A stretch of DNA of 62,084 nt from Eubacteriales bacterium (GCA_045656445.1 JAZORD010000018.1:1-62084), one strand, 5' to 3'; shown: positions 1 to 9,932, counted from the stretch's first letter. Notes: generated by a model from the sequence alone, not told the origin. Program-made: numbers and translations.

Positions 1-23
1 TAAGAACAAATTTTCTTTTCCAT
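1..23 (-). CDS. rpsF: 30S ribosomal protein S6, 5' end only (runs off the window)
   Basis: ATG at 23 after AAGGAGGTG SD; reads MEKKICS then TA- (probably Tyr), compatible with the S6 N-terminal YE; preceded by an S6:S18-type leader. Confidence 0.7.
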
Positions 24-74
24 CTGAAATACACCTCCTTATGGTCTTTAAGGCCGCCACCGGCGGCAAGGGGC
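24..74 (-). promoter_or_regulatory. S6:S18 ribosomal protein leader
   Basis: Minus strand CCCCTTGC-CGCC-GGT-GGCG-GCC-TTAAAGACC-ATAAGGAGGTG; CCTT can pair with the SD, as in Firmicute rpsF leaders. Confidence 0.75.
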
Positions 75-104
75 GTCGGGCATAAAAACCCGAACCGATA
101 TAGT

Positions 105-133
105 ATTTTATCACATAGTTTGAGTTTTGTCAA
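105..133 (-). promoter_or_regulatory. sigma-A promoter for rpsF
   Basis: TTGACA-N17-TAAAAT with TG extended -10. Confidence 0.8.
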
Positions 134-278
134 TAGATTTCGAAAATATATTTTATTTAATAATAGTCTCACAACAATTGTAACACTACAAAGCCGCATC
201 CGCGGCTTTTTTCGTTTCTATTGATTTTTTTTTCTGTTTATGCTAGAATGTTTATATAATGCGGTGTGGGGGTGCTAT

Positions 279-1160
279 ATGAAGGCTGTTAGGGAGTTTG
301 CAAATGCAAAAATTAATCTTTACCTTGACGTAATAGCTCGTCGAGAGGACGGTTTTCACGATATAAAAACCGTAATGCACTCAATATCCTTATCAGATGA
401 ATTAACCGTTTCATATAAGCCTTCTCCCATAACTAATATCAGACTCCGTATTAAAGGAAATAGATTTTTACCTACTGATGAAAAAAATCTTGCCGTTCGT
501 GCGGCGGCGCTCTATCTTGGCGCGCTTCAAAAAACAGCAGATATTGAAATAACCTTAAAAAAGAAAATACCAATTGCGGCAGGACTTGCCGGTGGTTCAA
601 GCGACGCTGCGGCTACGCTTCGGGCAATGAACCGTTTATTTGATAAAGCATTCACCGAGCGCGCATTGTTTAAAATGGCGGCCCAACTAGGAAGTGACGT
701 TCCGTACTGTCTTTACGGAAAAACTGCGCTGTGTGAGGGAAGAGGAGAAATATTGACCAAGCTTCCCGATATTTTGAAACTTAACATCGTAGTTGCTGTT
801 GCTAATGAGCACGTTTCAACTCCCCGGGCATATTCCGCACTTGACGGAATGTTTTCTTCCTTTGACGGCTCGGTTTCGACCGGGGGCGATCCATATTACG
901 CTGAGCTCATGGATTCTATTTCACAGGGAAATTCTTTAAAAATCGAGCTTTTCAACGTTTTTGAGAAGGTTGTCTTAAATAGCTGTCCCGGAGCTTTTTC
1001 AATTAAACAGAGGCTTGTTGAATTAGGTGCTGAAGCTGCGTTGATGAGCGGAAGCGGTCCGAGCGTTTTCGGAGTATTTGAGAGTGAGGATAAGGCAGGC
1101 ATTGCCTGTGATATCTTGCGAAAAGAAAATATAACGGCGTTTTGTGCAAAATCGGTATAA
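279..1160 (+). CDS. ispE: 4-diphosphocytidyl-2-C-methyl-D-erythritol kinase
   Basis: AKINLYLDV, KKIPIAAGLAGGSSDAAA, GSDVP and MSGSGPSVF motifs; start moved to ATG 279. Confidence 0.95.
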   Translation: MKAVREFANAKINLYLDVIARREDGFHDIKTVMHSISLSDELTVSYKPSPITNIRLRIKGNRFLPTDEKNLAVRAAALYLGALQKTADIEITLKKKIPIAAGLAGGSSDAAATLRAMNRLFDKAFTERALFKMAAQLGSDVPYCLYGKTALCEGRGEILTKLPDILKLNIVVAVANEHVSTPRAYSALDGMFSSFDGSVSTGGDPYYAELMDSISQGNSLKIELFNVFEKVVLNSCPGAFSIKQRLVELGAEAALMSGSGPSVFGVFESEDKAGIACDILRKENITAFCAKSV

Positions 1161-1243
1161 TACAGTTGCGGCAAAAGAGTATCCACTGTCTTGGTTTTGC
1201 TTTGTGATTTGTTTAAATAATTTCCACCGAGGTTGTTTTTTGT

Positions 1244-2023
1244 ATGATATATGATTTGTTAGCCCCCATTTACGACAAGGTGAACAAGGATATAAGCTAT
1301 CCCGAATGGGCGGATTTTATAGAAAAAATAATTGAACGTGAATATACAAATGGAAAACCGTCACTCGTTCTCGACCTTGGTTCAGGAACCGGAAAAATGA
1401 CGGTTGAGCTTGCAAGGCGCGGATATGATATGACGGGCGTTGACTATTCGGTTGAGATGCTTGATATAGCGAGAAATTCTGCGTATGAAGCCGGAGTTGG
1501 CGATAAAATACTATGGCTAAATCAGGATATGCGCGAGTTTGAGCTGTATGGAACGGTGGACGTTACGGTTTCTTGCCTTGACTGTATAAATCATCTTACG
1601 GATAAGCATTCGCTCTCTAAGTGCTTTGACTTGGTTCATAATTACCTTAATCCTGACGGTCTTTTTATTTTTGATATTAACGGCAAGCATAAATTTGAAA
1701 GCATCTATGCTGATAACGCTTACGTCATAGAGGACGGGGAAAACTTTTGTACTTGGCAAAACTACTACAATAGGCGAAGCGGACTGTGCGATTTTTATAT
1801 AACTGTATTCAGGGAGCTTTGTGGCGGCAGATACGAGCGTTACGACGAGGTACAACGTGAAAAAATGTATACACTCAGAACGATAAAAAATACTCTTGCA
1901 GCCTGTGAATTTGAATTCGTTGGAGCATATAGCGACTTTGAATTTACGGAGGCATCGGATAGCGATGACCGAATATACGTCGTTGCAAGATGCAAAAAGA
2001 AAATGGGAGATTCAAATGGATAA
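1244..2023 (+). CDS. Class I SAM-dependent methyltransferase (YqeM-like)
   Basis: VLDLGSGTG motif I, GVDYSVEML, QDMREF, LNPDGLFIFD. Confidence 0.85.
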   Translation: MIYDLLAPIYDKVNKDISYPEWADFIEKIIEREYTNGKPSLVLDLGSGTGKMTVELARRGYDMTGVDYSVEMLDIARNSAYEAGVGDKILWLNQDMREFELYGTVDVTVSCLDCINHLTDKHSLSKCFDLVHNYLNPDGLFIFDINGKHKFESIYADNAYVIEDGENFCTWQNYYNRRSGLCDFYITVFRELCGGRYERYDEVQREKMYTLRTIKNTLAACEFEFVGAYSDFEFTEASDSDDRIYVVARCKKKMGDSNG

Positions 2024-2909
2024 GAAAAATATTAAATCTACTATACTGAGAGGAATGACTCGTGACGGCTCTGCGAGACTACTCGTAATTAATTCAACTA
2101 AAATGGTCAACGATATGATTTTGGCTCATAAAACTTCACCAACCGCAACCGCAGCGCTTGGAAGGACTGTTACGGCGGCATCTATGGTGGGAACAATGCT
2201 TCCGGAAGAAAAGGATACTGTAACAATGTCTTTTTCGGGTGACGGAGAAGCAGGAAAAATAATAGCCGTTGCCGATTATTTTGGAAACGTTAAGGGGTAT
2301 ATTCAGAATCCGATGGCAAATCCCCCCAAGAAGCCAAACGGTAAACTTGACGTTGGTGCTGCGGTTGGAAGGGGTTCCTTTTCGGTCGTTAAGGACGTTG
2401 GCGGAAAAGAGCCGCAGATAGGAACCACTGAGATAGTTACGGGAGAGATTGCCGAGGACATAGCTTCATACTTTGCTATAAGTGAGCAGATACCTACGCT
2501 TCTTTCGCTTGGCGTTCTCGTTGACAGAGACTCTACCTGTCTTGCCGCAGGAGGTGTTCTCGTTCAGGTTATGCCATTTCCCGATGAAGAAACGGTAAAC
2601 CTTATAGAGCGAAATGCTTCGGACCTTTCAAATATATCAAAGCTGTTTTCTCTTGGTCATGATAACAGCGCAATTGCCGATATTGCTATGAGGGATATTC
2701 CGTACGACGTTTTTGATACGCTTGAGGTGGAATATCGATGCGATTGCTCACGAGATAGGATGAGAAGCAAAATAATGTCCCTTGGAAAAGAGGAAATACT
2801 TAAAATGCTCGACGAGCAGGTAGCAGAGGGAAAACCTCGAGAGCTTACTGCAGTATGCCGTTTTTGTAACACTGAATACACCTTCAGTGAACGTGACCTA
2901 ATCAAATAA
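2016..2909 (+). CDS. hslO: Hsp33 redox-regulated chaperone
   Basis: SEQIPT, AAGGVLVQVMP, C-terminal CDC...CRFC zinc motif; start ATG 2016 after GGAGA. Confidence 0.95.
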   Translation: MDKKNIKSTILRGMTRDGSARLLVINSTKMVNDMILAHKTSPTATAALGRTVTAASMVGTMLPEEKDTVTMSFSGDGEAGKIIAVADYFGNVKGYIQNPMANPPKKPNGKLDVGAAVGRGSFSVVKDVGGKEPQIGTTEIVTGEIAEDIASYFAISEQIPTLLSLGVLVDRDSTCLAAGGVLVQVMPFPDEETVNLIERNASDLSNISKLFSLGHDNSAIADIAMRDIPYDVFDTLEVEYRCDCSRDRMRSKIMSLGKEEILKMLDEQVAEGKPRELTAVCRFCNTEYTFSERDLIK

Positions 2910-2911
2910 AA

Positions 2912-2938
2912 CATATTATATCCTCTTTTGCATAAAAT
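2912..2938 (+). promoter_or_regulatory. Putative sigma-E (mother-cell) promoter
   Basis: CATATT-N13-CATAAAAT upstream of the SOD-like gene. Confidence 0.4.
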
Positions 2939-2973
2939 GTAGAAGAGGATTTTTCTTTGAGGGGGGAATATAT

Positions 2974-3516
2974 ATGAATGGCGGAATCGGCTCCTTTATT
3001 TCCGAAGAAGCGCTTTTATTACATAGTGAATATCTCAAATCGCTGAAGCTGCGGTATTCGGTAATGGAAAAAAGCTATCCCGAAGTTAAAAATACGTCAA
3101 TCGGCAGAAATTTTAAAATGCGAGGTTTTCGTTATAAGGATGAAGCAGTTGAGCTGAGAGCGGAGATAATTTGCCACGAGCTCTTTTTTGATTCCTTTGG
3201 CAACGCCTATCAAGCCTCGCGTGCAGTAAGGGAGGCATATAGAACGGAGTCGTCGTTCATATACGAGGTTTTTAAATTATGCAGTGAGGGCAAAGGAAAA
3301 TTTGCGGTTATATCTACCGACAGAGGAACTGTAAATATAAAAGAGCTCTATGAGGCGCGGGAAATACTGAAAATTCCATCTGCTGTGCTTTGCATCGATT
3401 TGTGCGAGCATTCTTATTTTTTAGACTACGGGTTTGATAAGGAGAGGTATATATCAAATTTGTTGCCTTATCTTAACTTAGGAGTTTTGGATAAAATTTT
3501 AGACGATAAGCATTGA
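2974..3516 (+). CDS. Divergent Fe/Mn superoxide dismutase family protein
   Basis: LHSEY, CHELFF and IDLCEHSYFLDYG correspond to the SOD H/H/DxWEHAY ligands. Confidence 0.7.
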   Translation: MNGGIGSFISEEALLLHSEYLKSLKLRYSVMEKSYPEVKNTSIGRNFKMRGFRYKDEAVELRAEIICHELFFDSFGNAYQASRAVREAYRTESSFIYEVFKLCSEGKGKFAVISTDRGTVNIKELYEAREILKIPSAVLCIDLCEHSYFLDYGFDKERYISNLLPYLNLGVLDKILDDKH

Positions 3517-3541
3517 AAAAAGTGAACAAGTGTGGTATAAT
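3513..3541 (+). promoter_or_regulatory. sigma-A promoter for pfk
   Basis: TTGAAA-N17-TATAAT with TG extension. Confidence 0.7.
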
Positions 3542-3574
3542 ACTGCTGTAAACCAAACTTATAGGAGAGTAAAA

Positions 3575-4807
3575 ATGAGTATTTTACGTGGAAATGCTGT
3601 TGTAGGTCAGTCAGGCGGACCCACCGCGGCTATAAACGCTACGCTCGCGGGCGTAATCAAGGGCGCACTGAAAGCAAAAGGCGAGGGTGTTATAAACACT
3701 CTTTACGGTATGAGAAACGGTATTGAGGGATTTCTCAGGGAGGAGCTTATAAACCTTACCGACATTTTTTCGGACGAGGGTAAGCTTAAAACCTTAACAA
3801 CTACACCTGCCGCAGCGCTTGGCTCTTGCAGAAGAAAGCTTAAGGATTACCAGACTGACGCAGAAACCTATGCAAAGCTTCTTGAAATATTCAAAAAATA
3901 CGACATCAGATATTTTTTCTATATTGGTGGAAATGACTCGATGGACACGGTAATGAAACTTTCCAACTACGCTGCAAATCACGATTATGAGATGCGCGTC
4001 GTAGGTGTTCCGAAGACAATTGACAATGACCTTGCAGTTACCGACCACACACCAGGATTTGGTTCTGCCGCGAAATTTGTGGCAACTACTGTAAAAGAGG
4101 TGCTTCGCGACGTTGCCGTTTACAAAATGAAGGCAGTTACTATAGTTGAAATTATGGGTAGAGATGCGGGCTGGCTTACCGCATCTGCCGGGCTTACCAA
4201 GCTTTCCGGCGGCATCGCTCCAGACCTTGTATATCTTCCCGAGAGCGCCTTTGATCCCGAAGAGTTCGTTGCGTCAATCAACAAAATTTTTGAGGATCAT
4301 CCCGCAGTGCTTGTTGCAGTTTCCGAGGGTATTCGTCTTGCTGACGGAAAATATGTGGGCGAGGGCAAGGGCGCTACCGATGCATTTGGTCACAAGAGCC
4401 TGTCGGGCGCAGCGAAGGTGCTCGAGGAGTTGGTTAAGGAGCGGATTGGATGCAAGGTTCGCTCTATGGAGCTTAGCCTTACCCAAAGATGCGCGGCGCA
4501 TATTCTTTCAAAAACCGACATTACTGAATCTCTTGCGGTTGGCGAGGGAGCGGTTGACGCTGCAATTTCCGGCAAAACCGCAATTATGATGACCATTCAA
4601 AGAGTTTCGGGCGACGATTATTCTTCGCGTATAGGAACGGCGGACATATCGAAAATAGCAAATGCGGTTCGCGGTGTTCCTGCTGATTATATTAACGAGG
4701 CAGGAAACGGATTGACCGACAAGTGCCTTCAGTATCTTGCTCCGCTTATTATGGGCGAGGTTGACGTTGAATACGAAAATGGATTGCCAAAGCATGTAGT
4801 TCTTTAA
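3575..4807 (+). CDS. pfp: 6-phosphofructokinase, PPi-dependent type
   Basis: QSGGPT, GGNDS (Asp) and PKTIDNDL (Lys) signatures of PPi-PFK; EIMGRDAG. Confidence 0.9.
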   Translation: MSILRGNAVVGQSGGPTAAINATLAGVIKGALKAKGEGVINTLYGMRNGIEGFLREELINLTDIFSDEGKLKTLTTTPAAALGSCRRKLKDYQTDAETYAKLLEIFKKYDIRYFFYIGGNDSMDTVMKLSNYAANHDYEMRVVGVPKTIDNDLAVTDHTPGFGSAAKFVATTVKEVLRDVAVYKMKAVTIVEIMGRDAGWLTASAGLTKLSGGIAPDLVYLPESAFDPEEFVASINKIFEDHPAVLVAVSEGIRLADGKYVGEGKGATDAFGHKSLSGAAKVLEELVKERIGCKVRSMELSLTQRCAAHILSKTDITESLAVGEGAVDAAISGKTAIMMTIQRVSGDDYSSRIGTADISKIANAVRGVPADYINEAGNGLTDKCLQYLAPLIMGEVDVEYENGLPKHVVL

Positions 4808-4821
4808 CTTATATACTAATT

Positions 4822-4857
4822 CGGCGGGGCGATTGTCCCGCCGTTGTTAAATTTTTT
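4822..4857 (+). terminator. Probable terminator hairpin after pfk
   Basis: CGGCGGGG/TCCCGCCG stem; T-rich tail is interrupted. Confidence 0.5.
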
Positions 4858-4914
4858 CAATAGCTATTGACTTTTTTCATCCTTTTATGATATACTGTAT
4901 GCGTAACTGAATAT

Positions 4915-5000
4915 TGCTTATCAAGAGAGGCGGAGGGACTGGCCCTGTGAAGCCCGGCAACCTGTATTTTTATAAGGTGCCAATTCCTGTCAGATGAGTA
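4915..5000 (+). promoter_or_regulatory. SAM-I riboswitch aptamer
   Basis: CTTATCAAGAGAGGCGGAGGGACTGGCCCTGTGAAGCCCGGCAACC...GGTGCCAATTCC...AGATGAG upstream of metK; TTGACT-N18-TATACT promoter at 4867-4896. Confidence 0.95.
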
Positions 5001-5008
5001 CTAATCTG

Positions 5009-5049
5009 AAGCCGGGAATCATCTTGTGTGATTTTCGGGTTTTTGTTTT
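5009..5049 (+). terminator. Riboswitch expression-platform terminator
   Basis: CCGGGAATCA/TGATTTTCGG stem followed by a T run. Confidence 0.75.
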
Positions 5050-5080
5050 ATAAAGAATTTTAAAGAAAAGAGAAGGACTA

Positions 5081-6265
5081 ATGAAAAAAGTACTGTTTAC
5101 ATCAGAATCTGTTACGGAAGGACATCCTGACAAGATATGCGATAAAATATCCGATTCTATTCTGGATGAAATTTTATCTCAAGACCCCGAAAGCCGCGTC
5201 GCTTGCGAAACCTTCGCAACAACCGGTATAATAACCGTTATGGGCGAAATAACCACTAAGGCAAAAATAGACGTTCAGAAGATAGTTCGCCAAACTGTAA
5301 GTGAAATAGGATATGACAGAGCAAAGTATGGCTTTGATGCCTCTACCTGCGCGGTGATTAGCTCTATTCACGAGCAAAGCGCAGATATTGCTATGGGAGT
5401 TGATAAGTGCCTTGAGGCAAAGGACGGGGAAATGAACGACGAGTTGGATACCGGAGCCGGTGACCAAGGTCTTATGTTCGGTTATGCCTGCGATGAAACA
5501 CCTGAGCTTATGCCGCTTCCCATATCCTTGGCGCACAAGCTTGCTAAAAGACTTACCGAGGTAAGAAAAAACGGAAAGCTCTCATATTTGCGTCCCGACG
5601 GAAAAACTCAGGTGACCGTAGAGTATGTCGACGGAGTTGCTAAGCGGGTTGATACGGTAGTAGTTTCCTCTCAGCACAGTCCGGAGGTAGACTCGCAAAC
5701 CATTCGCAAGGACATAATTGAAAATGTTATTTTGCCGGTTATTCCTAAGGAATATATCGACGGAAAAATGAATATTTACGTCAATCCTACCGGAAGATTT
5801 GTTATTGGCGGTCCGCAGGGGGATACCGGACTTACCGGCAGAAAAATTATAGTAGATACCTATGGCGGTTATTCAAGGCACGGCGGCGGAGCGTTTTCAG
5901 GCAAGGATCCAACCAAGGTTGACAGAAGCGCTTCATACGCTGCAAGATACGTTGCTAAGAACGTAGTTAAAGCAGGTCTTGCAAAAAAATGCGAGGTTCA
6001 GATAGCTTACGCGATAGGTATCGCGCGTCCGGTTTCGGTAATGATTGATACCTTTGGAACATCCGTTGTTTCTGAGGACAAGATTTCCGAAGCGGTAGGC
6101 GCGCTTGTGGATTTGCGTCCTGCAGCGATAATTAAAAAATTTGATCTTAGAAAGCCTATATATAAGGAGCTTGCGGCTTACGGTCATATGGGGCGAGAGG
6201 AGCTTTCTGTAAAATGGGAGATATGCGATATAGCAGACGAGCTTCGAAAAATTTGTCTTAAATAA
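5081..6265 (+). CDS. metK: S-adenosylmethionine synthetase
   Basis: [35 protein letters not shown]. Confidence 0.99.
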   Translation: MKKVLFTSESVTEGHPDKICDKISDSILDEILSQDPESRVACETFATTGIITVMGEITTKAKIDVQKIVRQTVSEIGYDRAKYGFDASTCAVISSIHEQSADIAMGVDKCLEAKDGEMNDELDTGAGDQGLMFGYACDETPELMPLPISLAHKLAKRLTEVRKNGKLSYLRPDGKTQVTVEYVDGVAKRVDTVVVSSQHSPEVDSQTIRKDIIENVILPVIPKEYIDGKMNIYVNPTGRFVIGGPQGDTGLTGRKIIVDTYGGYSRHGGGAFSGKDPTKVDRSASYAARYVAKNVVKAGLAKKCEVQIAYAIGIARPVSVMIDTFGTSVVSEDKISEAVGALVDLRPAAIIKKFDLRKPIYKELAAYGHMGREELSVKWEICDIADELRKICLK

Positions 6266-6304
6266 AAAGACTCGAGTGTATATTTAAATATTGTACTGCC
6301 GAGG

Positions 6305-6348
6305 GAGCGAAGCACCGTCTTGAAAAACGGTGTCTTCGCTCTATTTTT
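6305..6348 (+). terminator. Intrinsic terminator after metK
   Basis: GAGCGAAG-CACCGT/ACGGTG-T-CTTCGCTC hairpin plus T tract. Confidence 0.75.
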
Positions 6349-6411
6349 ATAAACTTATTGTTTTTGGATAATTTATCTGCTATAATATATAAAAAAGAAA
6401 GGACGGTCAAA

Positions 6412-8628
6412 ATGAACGGTTATATAAAAGGCGAAACTATAAAGGGAATAATCGAAAACGTCGTTTTTCACAACAAAGATAACGACTATACCGTTCTTGA
6501 GATCGTCGACGAATCAAATGACCTTATATGTGCTGTAGGAATTATTCCTATGGCATTTGAAGGGGAAAAGGTGATACTGAATGGGCACTGGTCCTATCAT
6601 AAGGAGTTCGGCAAGCAATTTTGCTTTGATTCCTATGAAAAAAATCTTCCCGACGAGGTTGAGGGTATTCTTCAGTATCTTTCATCAAACACTGTAAAGG
6701 GCGTTGGACCTGTAACAGCACTCAAAATAGTAAACAAATTTGGCACCTCTACCTTTGATGTTATCGAAAACCATCCAGAATGGCTAACCGACGTAGCCGG
6801 TATAACTATGAAAAAAGCGGCAGTTATTTCGGCTTCCTTTAAGGAGCAAACGGGAATACGCGGCGTTATGATGTTCTGTAAGGATTATATGGGAACGGGA
6901 GATGTTACGAGAGTTTACAAAAAGCTGGGCGCGGGCGCTGTCGGAATTATAAAGGAAAATCCTTATATTCTTTGTGATGAGGAGTACGGAATTTCATTTG
7001 AAAAGGCTGACGCTATTGCAAAATCCCTTGACGTATCTCCCACGGCGCCGGTTAGAGTGCTTAGCGCGTCAAAGTACGTCCTTGCGTGTTCTGCGGTGTC
7101 AAACGGTCACACCTCTTTACCAAAGGAAAGGCTTATTTCTGCCGTTTCAGAGCTTATACAGGTAGACGAAGCCTTGCTTTCTGATATGATAATCGAATTC
7201 CTTAACGACGGGGAACTTGCTTCTTATAAAGCGCAGGGTGTAATTTATGTAATGACGACTCGAGTTTTTGAGGCTGAAGAATATATTTCATCAAAGCTCA
7301 TCAGTCTTTCCAAGGAGGCTATAAGATTTAGCGTTGCTGACGTTTCTTCTCTTCTTGAAAAGCTTGAATTGGATTTTGGCATTCGTTATGCCCGTCTGCA
7401 AAAGGAGGCTGTTTATGAGGCTCTTGCCGGTGGTGTTATGGTCCTTACCGGCGGCCCCGGAACAGGTAAGACGACGGTAGTTAAGGCGCTTATCTCTATT
7501 TTTGACAGTCTTGGTCTTAAATGTGTGCTTGCTGCGCCAACCGGCAGAGCTGCAAAGCGAATGAGTGAGGCAACTGCAAAAGAGGCAAAAACTATCCACC
7601 GAATGCTTGAGGTTGAGCGTATGACTGACCTTACGGTCAGATACGGCAGAAATTCTCAGCATCCGCTTGATGAAAGCGTTATTATTATAGATGAAGCATC
7701 TATGATGGACGTTTGGATTACAGAGGCGCTTTTGCGTGCTGTGAGGCGTGGAACTCGGATCATACTTATAGGTGATGCCGACCAGCTTCCAAGCGTTGGA
7801 GCAGGGAATATATTCTCCGATATCATAGCAAGCGAAAAAATAACAACGATAAGGCTTAAGGAAATTTTCAGACAGTCAAAGGAAAGCCTAATTATAACTA
7901 ACGCTCATAAAATAAACAACGGAGAATATCCGGTACTCAATAACACGGAAAGCGACTTTTTCTTTGTTAAATGCGAATATGAAAATGATATTCCTAAAAC
8001 AGTCGCAAATCTTATATTAAAGCGTCTTCCCAAGGCATACGGAGCTTCAATAATATCCGATATTCAGGTGATAACTCCGTCGAAAAAGGGTTACGGCGGC
8101 GTCTCACTGCTCAACAACGAGCTGCAGGCTTCAATAAATCCTCAAGAAAGCTTTAAGAGAGAAAAAAACAGCCACGGCATAATCTTCCGCGAGGGCGACA
8201 AGGTTATGCAGACCGTCAATAACTACGATATCGAATGGGAGAAAAATGGGTATATGGGAACCGGGCTGTTCAACGGCGATATAGGTGTGATAGAGTCTAT
8301 AAACACCTTGAAAAACGAGATGCTTATCAGATTTGACGATAAGCTCGTGGCTTATGATTTCGAACTGCTTGAGGACCTTGAGCTTGCTTATGCTATTACG
8401 GTGCATAAGAGTCAGGGAAGCGAATACCCGGTAGTAATTATTCCAATGTACCGCTGTCCACCTATGCTTATGACGAGAAATCTTTTATATACGGCGATTA
8501 CAAGAGCTAGGAGAATGGTTATTCTCGTTGGCAGAGCCGATGTACCCGCGCGGATGGTCGATAATAACCGTGAGGTTTTAAGGTATACCACTCTGGTTGA
8601 CCGGATTCGCAATAGCTTTGACTTGTAA
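6412..8628 (+). CDS. recD2: ATP-dependent RecD2-like DNA helicase
   Basis: N-terminal OB and HhH (KGVGP) regions; GGPGTGKT, APTGRAAKR, DEASM, GDADQLPSVG, AYAITVHKSQGSE. Confidence 0.93.
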   Translation: MNGYIKGETIKGIIENVVFHNKDNDYTVLEIVDESNDLICAVGIIPMAFEGEKVILNGHWSYHKEFGKQFCFDSYEKNLPDEVEGILQYLSSNTVKGVGPVTALKIVNKFGTSTFDVIENHPEWLTDVAGITMKKAAVISASFKEQTGIRGVMMFCKDYMGTGDVTRVYKKLGAGAVGIIKENPYILCDEEYGISFEKADAIAKSLDVSPTAPVRVLSASKYVLACSAVSNGHTSLPKERLISAVSELIQVDEALLSDMIIEFLNDGELASYKAQGVIYVMTTRVFEAEEYISSKLISLSKEAIRFSVADVSSLLEKLELDFGIRYARLQKEAVYEALAGGVMVLTGGPGTGKTTVVKALISIFDSLGLKCVLAAPTGRAAKRMSEATAKEAKTIHRMLEVERMTDLTVRYGRNSQHPLDESVIIIDEASMMDVWITEALLRAVRRGTRIILIGDADQLPSVGAGNIFSDIIASEKITTIRLKEIFRQSKESLIITNAHKINNGEYPVLNNTESDFFFVKCEYENDIPKTVANLILKRLPKAYGASIISDIQVITPSKKGYGGVSLLNNELQASINPQESFKREKNSHGIIFREGDKVMQTVNNYDIEWEKNGYMGTGLFNGDIGVIESINTLKNEMLIRFDDKLVAYDFELLEDLELAYAITVHKSQGSEYPVVIIPMYRCPPMLMTRNLLYTAITRARRMVILVGRADVPARMVDNNREVLRYTTLVDRIRNSFDL

Positions 8629-8710
8629 TTTGAAAATATACTTGAAATTTTGAGCTACATATGCTAAAATAGTTTTATTATAACCAATACTACGGAAAGG
8701 AGCGCTTTTT

Positions 8711-9751
8711 ATGACGACTAAAATAGGTCTTGACCTTGGTTATGCAAACATAACCATAAGCAACGTTACGGCAGAAGTTTACAGAGAGCCGTCCGTCGCG
8801 CTTGTTGATAAAAATACGCGCCAAATAATTTCCGTAGGTAACAGAGCGGCCGTGACAGATGAGGATAAATCAATCGCTGACGGAATTTTGGTTCGGCCCT
8901 TTAAAAACGGTTTGCTTTATTCTTCCGACCTGACACGCGAAATAATCCGCCACGCAATAGGCGCGGTAAGTGATGCCGATAAGATTAGATGTCTTATAGC
9001 ATTGCCGTCGGATTTTCTGCCAAAGCAGGAAAACGAGGTATTTAAGATGCTTAGTGATGCAGGCGTTTCGGAGTACTGTTCGGTAAAGCCGGCTGTTGCC
9101 GCAATTATTGGTGCCGGATACGCGCCTACAATTAGTGCTGTATCAATTAACATCGGAGCAGCGTTTACTGAGGTTGCCGTTATGCATAATGGCGAGGTTC
9201 TCTATACGGGAAGAGAACAGGTAGGCGGCGAGGATTTTGACAAGGCAGTAAAGGAATATATCTTTAATCAAGGAGATATGACAGTTTCTCTTCTTATTGC
9301 AAGAACAATTAAGGAACGCCTCGGCGCTGTTTGGCAGGGAAGGGAATCCGAGAGCATTGATATAGAAGGAACGCTCTCTTTGACCGGCAACAGAGTTAAA
9401 ATGAGCATCTGTACCGAGGACATAGTCGGTGTTTTTGAAAAACCGCTTCAACGGCTTCTTACTACAGTGGCTAACACTGTTAAGAAAATCCCCATTGAAT
9501 GTGTAGAGCAAATTTTTGAAAACGGTATAATACTTAGCGGTGGCGGGTCTGAGATATACGGTCTTGACGTTATGATGAGCAAGGTATTTGGCATTGCTGT
9601 CACCAAGCCAAATAACCCCATTGACAGCGTAGCAAAGGGACTTTCGAGGATAAATGCGTTTATGCCACAGAAGATGAGGGCAAACGGAAGAAATATAACA
9701 TCTCAGCTTCCGAAGCTTTACGAAAGTAAAAAGAGCGGTCAAAAAAAATAA
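8711..9751 (+). CDS. Divergent MreB/Mbl-family actin-like protein
   Basis: IGLDLG, REPSV, RPFKNG, TEVAV, GGEDFD, ILSGGG, DSVAKG. Confidence 0.8.
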   Translation: MTTKIGLDLGYANITISNVTAEVYREPSVALVDKNTRQIISVGNRAAVTDEDKSIADGILVRPFKNGLLYSSDLTREIIRHAIGAVSDADKIRCLIALPSDFLPKQENEVFKMLSDAGVSEYCSVKPAVAAIIGAGYAPTISAVSINIGAAFTEVAVMHNGEVLYTGREQVGGEDFDKAVKEYIFNQGDMTVSLLIARTIKERLGAVWQGRESESIDIEGTLSLTGNRVKMSICTEDIVGVFEKPLQRLLTTVANTVKKIPIECVEQIFENGIILSGGGSEIYGLDVMMSKVFGIAVTKPNNPIDSVAKGLSRINAFMPQKMRANGRNITSQLPKLYESKKSGQKK

Positions 9752-9765
9752 TTGGGAGTGTAGAT

Positions 9766-9888
9766 ATGAAAGAGAAGGAAACAAAAAGAAAGACGTCGCT
9801 GTCAGTTAAATTAATGTCGGCGTTTCTTGCAGTGCTTATGATTTCCGGAACGGTATTCGCGGTCATTGCTTTTATAATAAACAAATAA
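9766..9888 (+). CDS. 40-aa single-TM microprotein (DUF4044-like), absent from the ORF track
   Basis: GGGAG RBS; MKEKETKRKTSLSVKLMSAFLAVLMISGTVFAVIAFIINK*; followed by a terminator. Confidence 0.7.
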   Translation: MKEKETKRKTSLSVKLMSAFLAVLMISGTVFAVIAFIINK

Positions 9889-9895
9889 AAAAAGT

Positions 9896-9932
9896 CCTGC
9901 CATGCAAAAGAAAATGCAGTGGCAGGTTTTTA
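9896..9932 (+). terminator. Intrinsic terminator
   Basis: CCTGCCA-TGCA/TGCA-G-TGGCAGG stem plus TTTTT. Confidence 0.7.
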
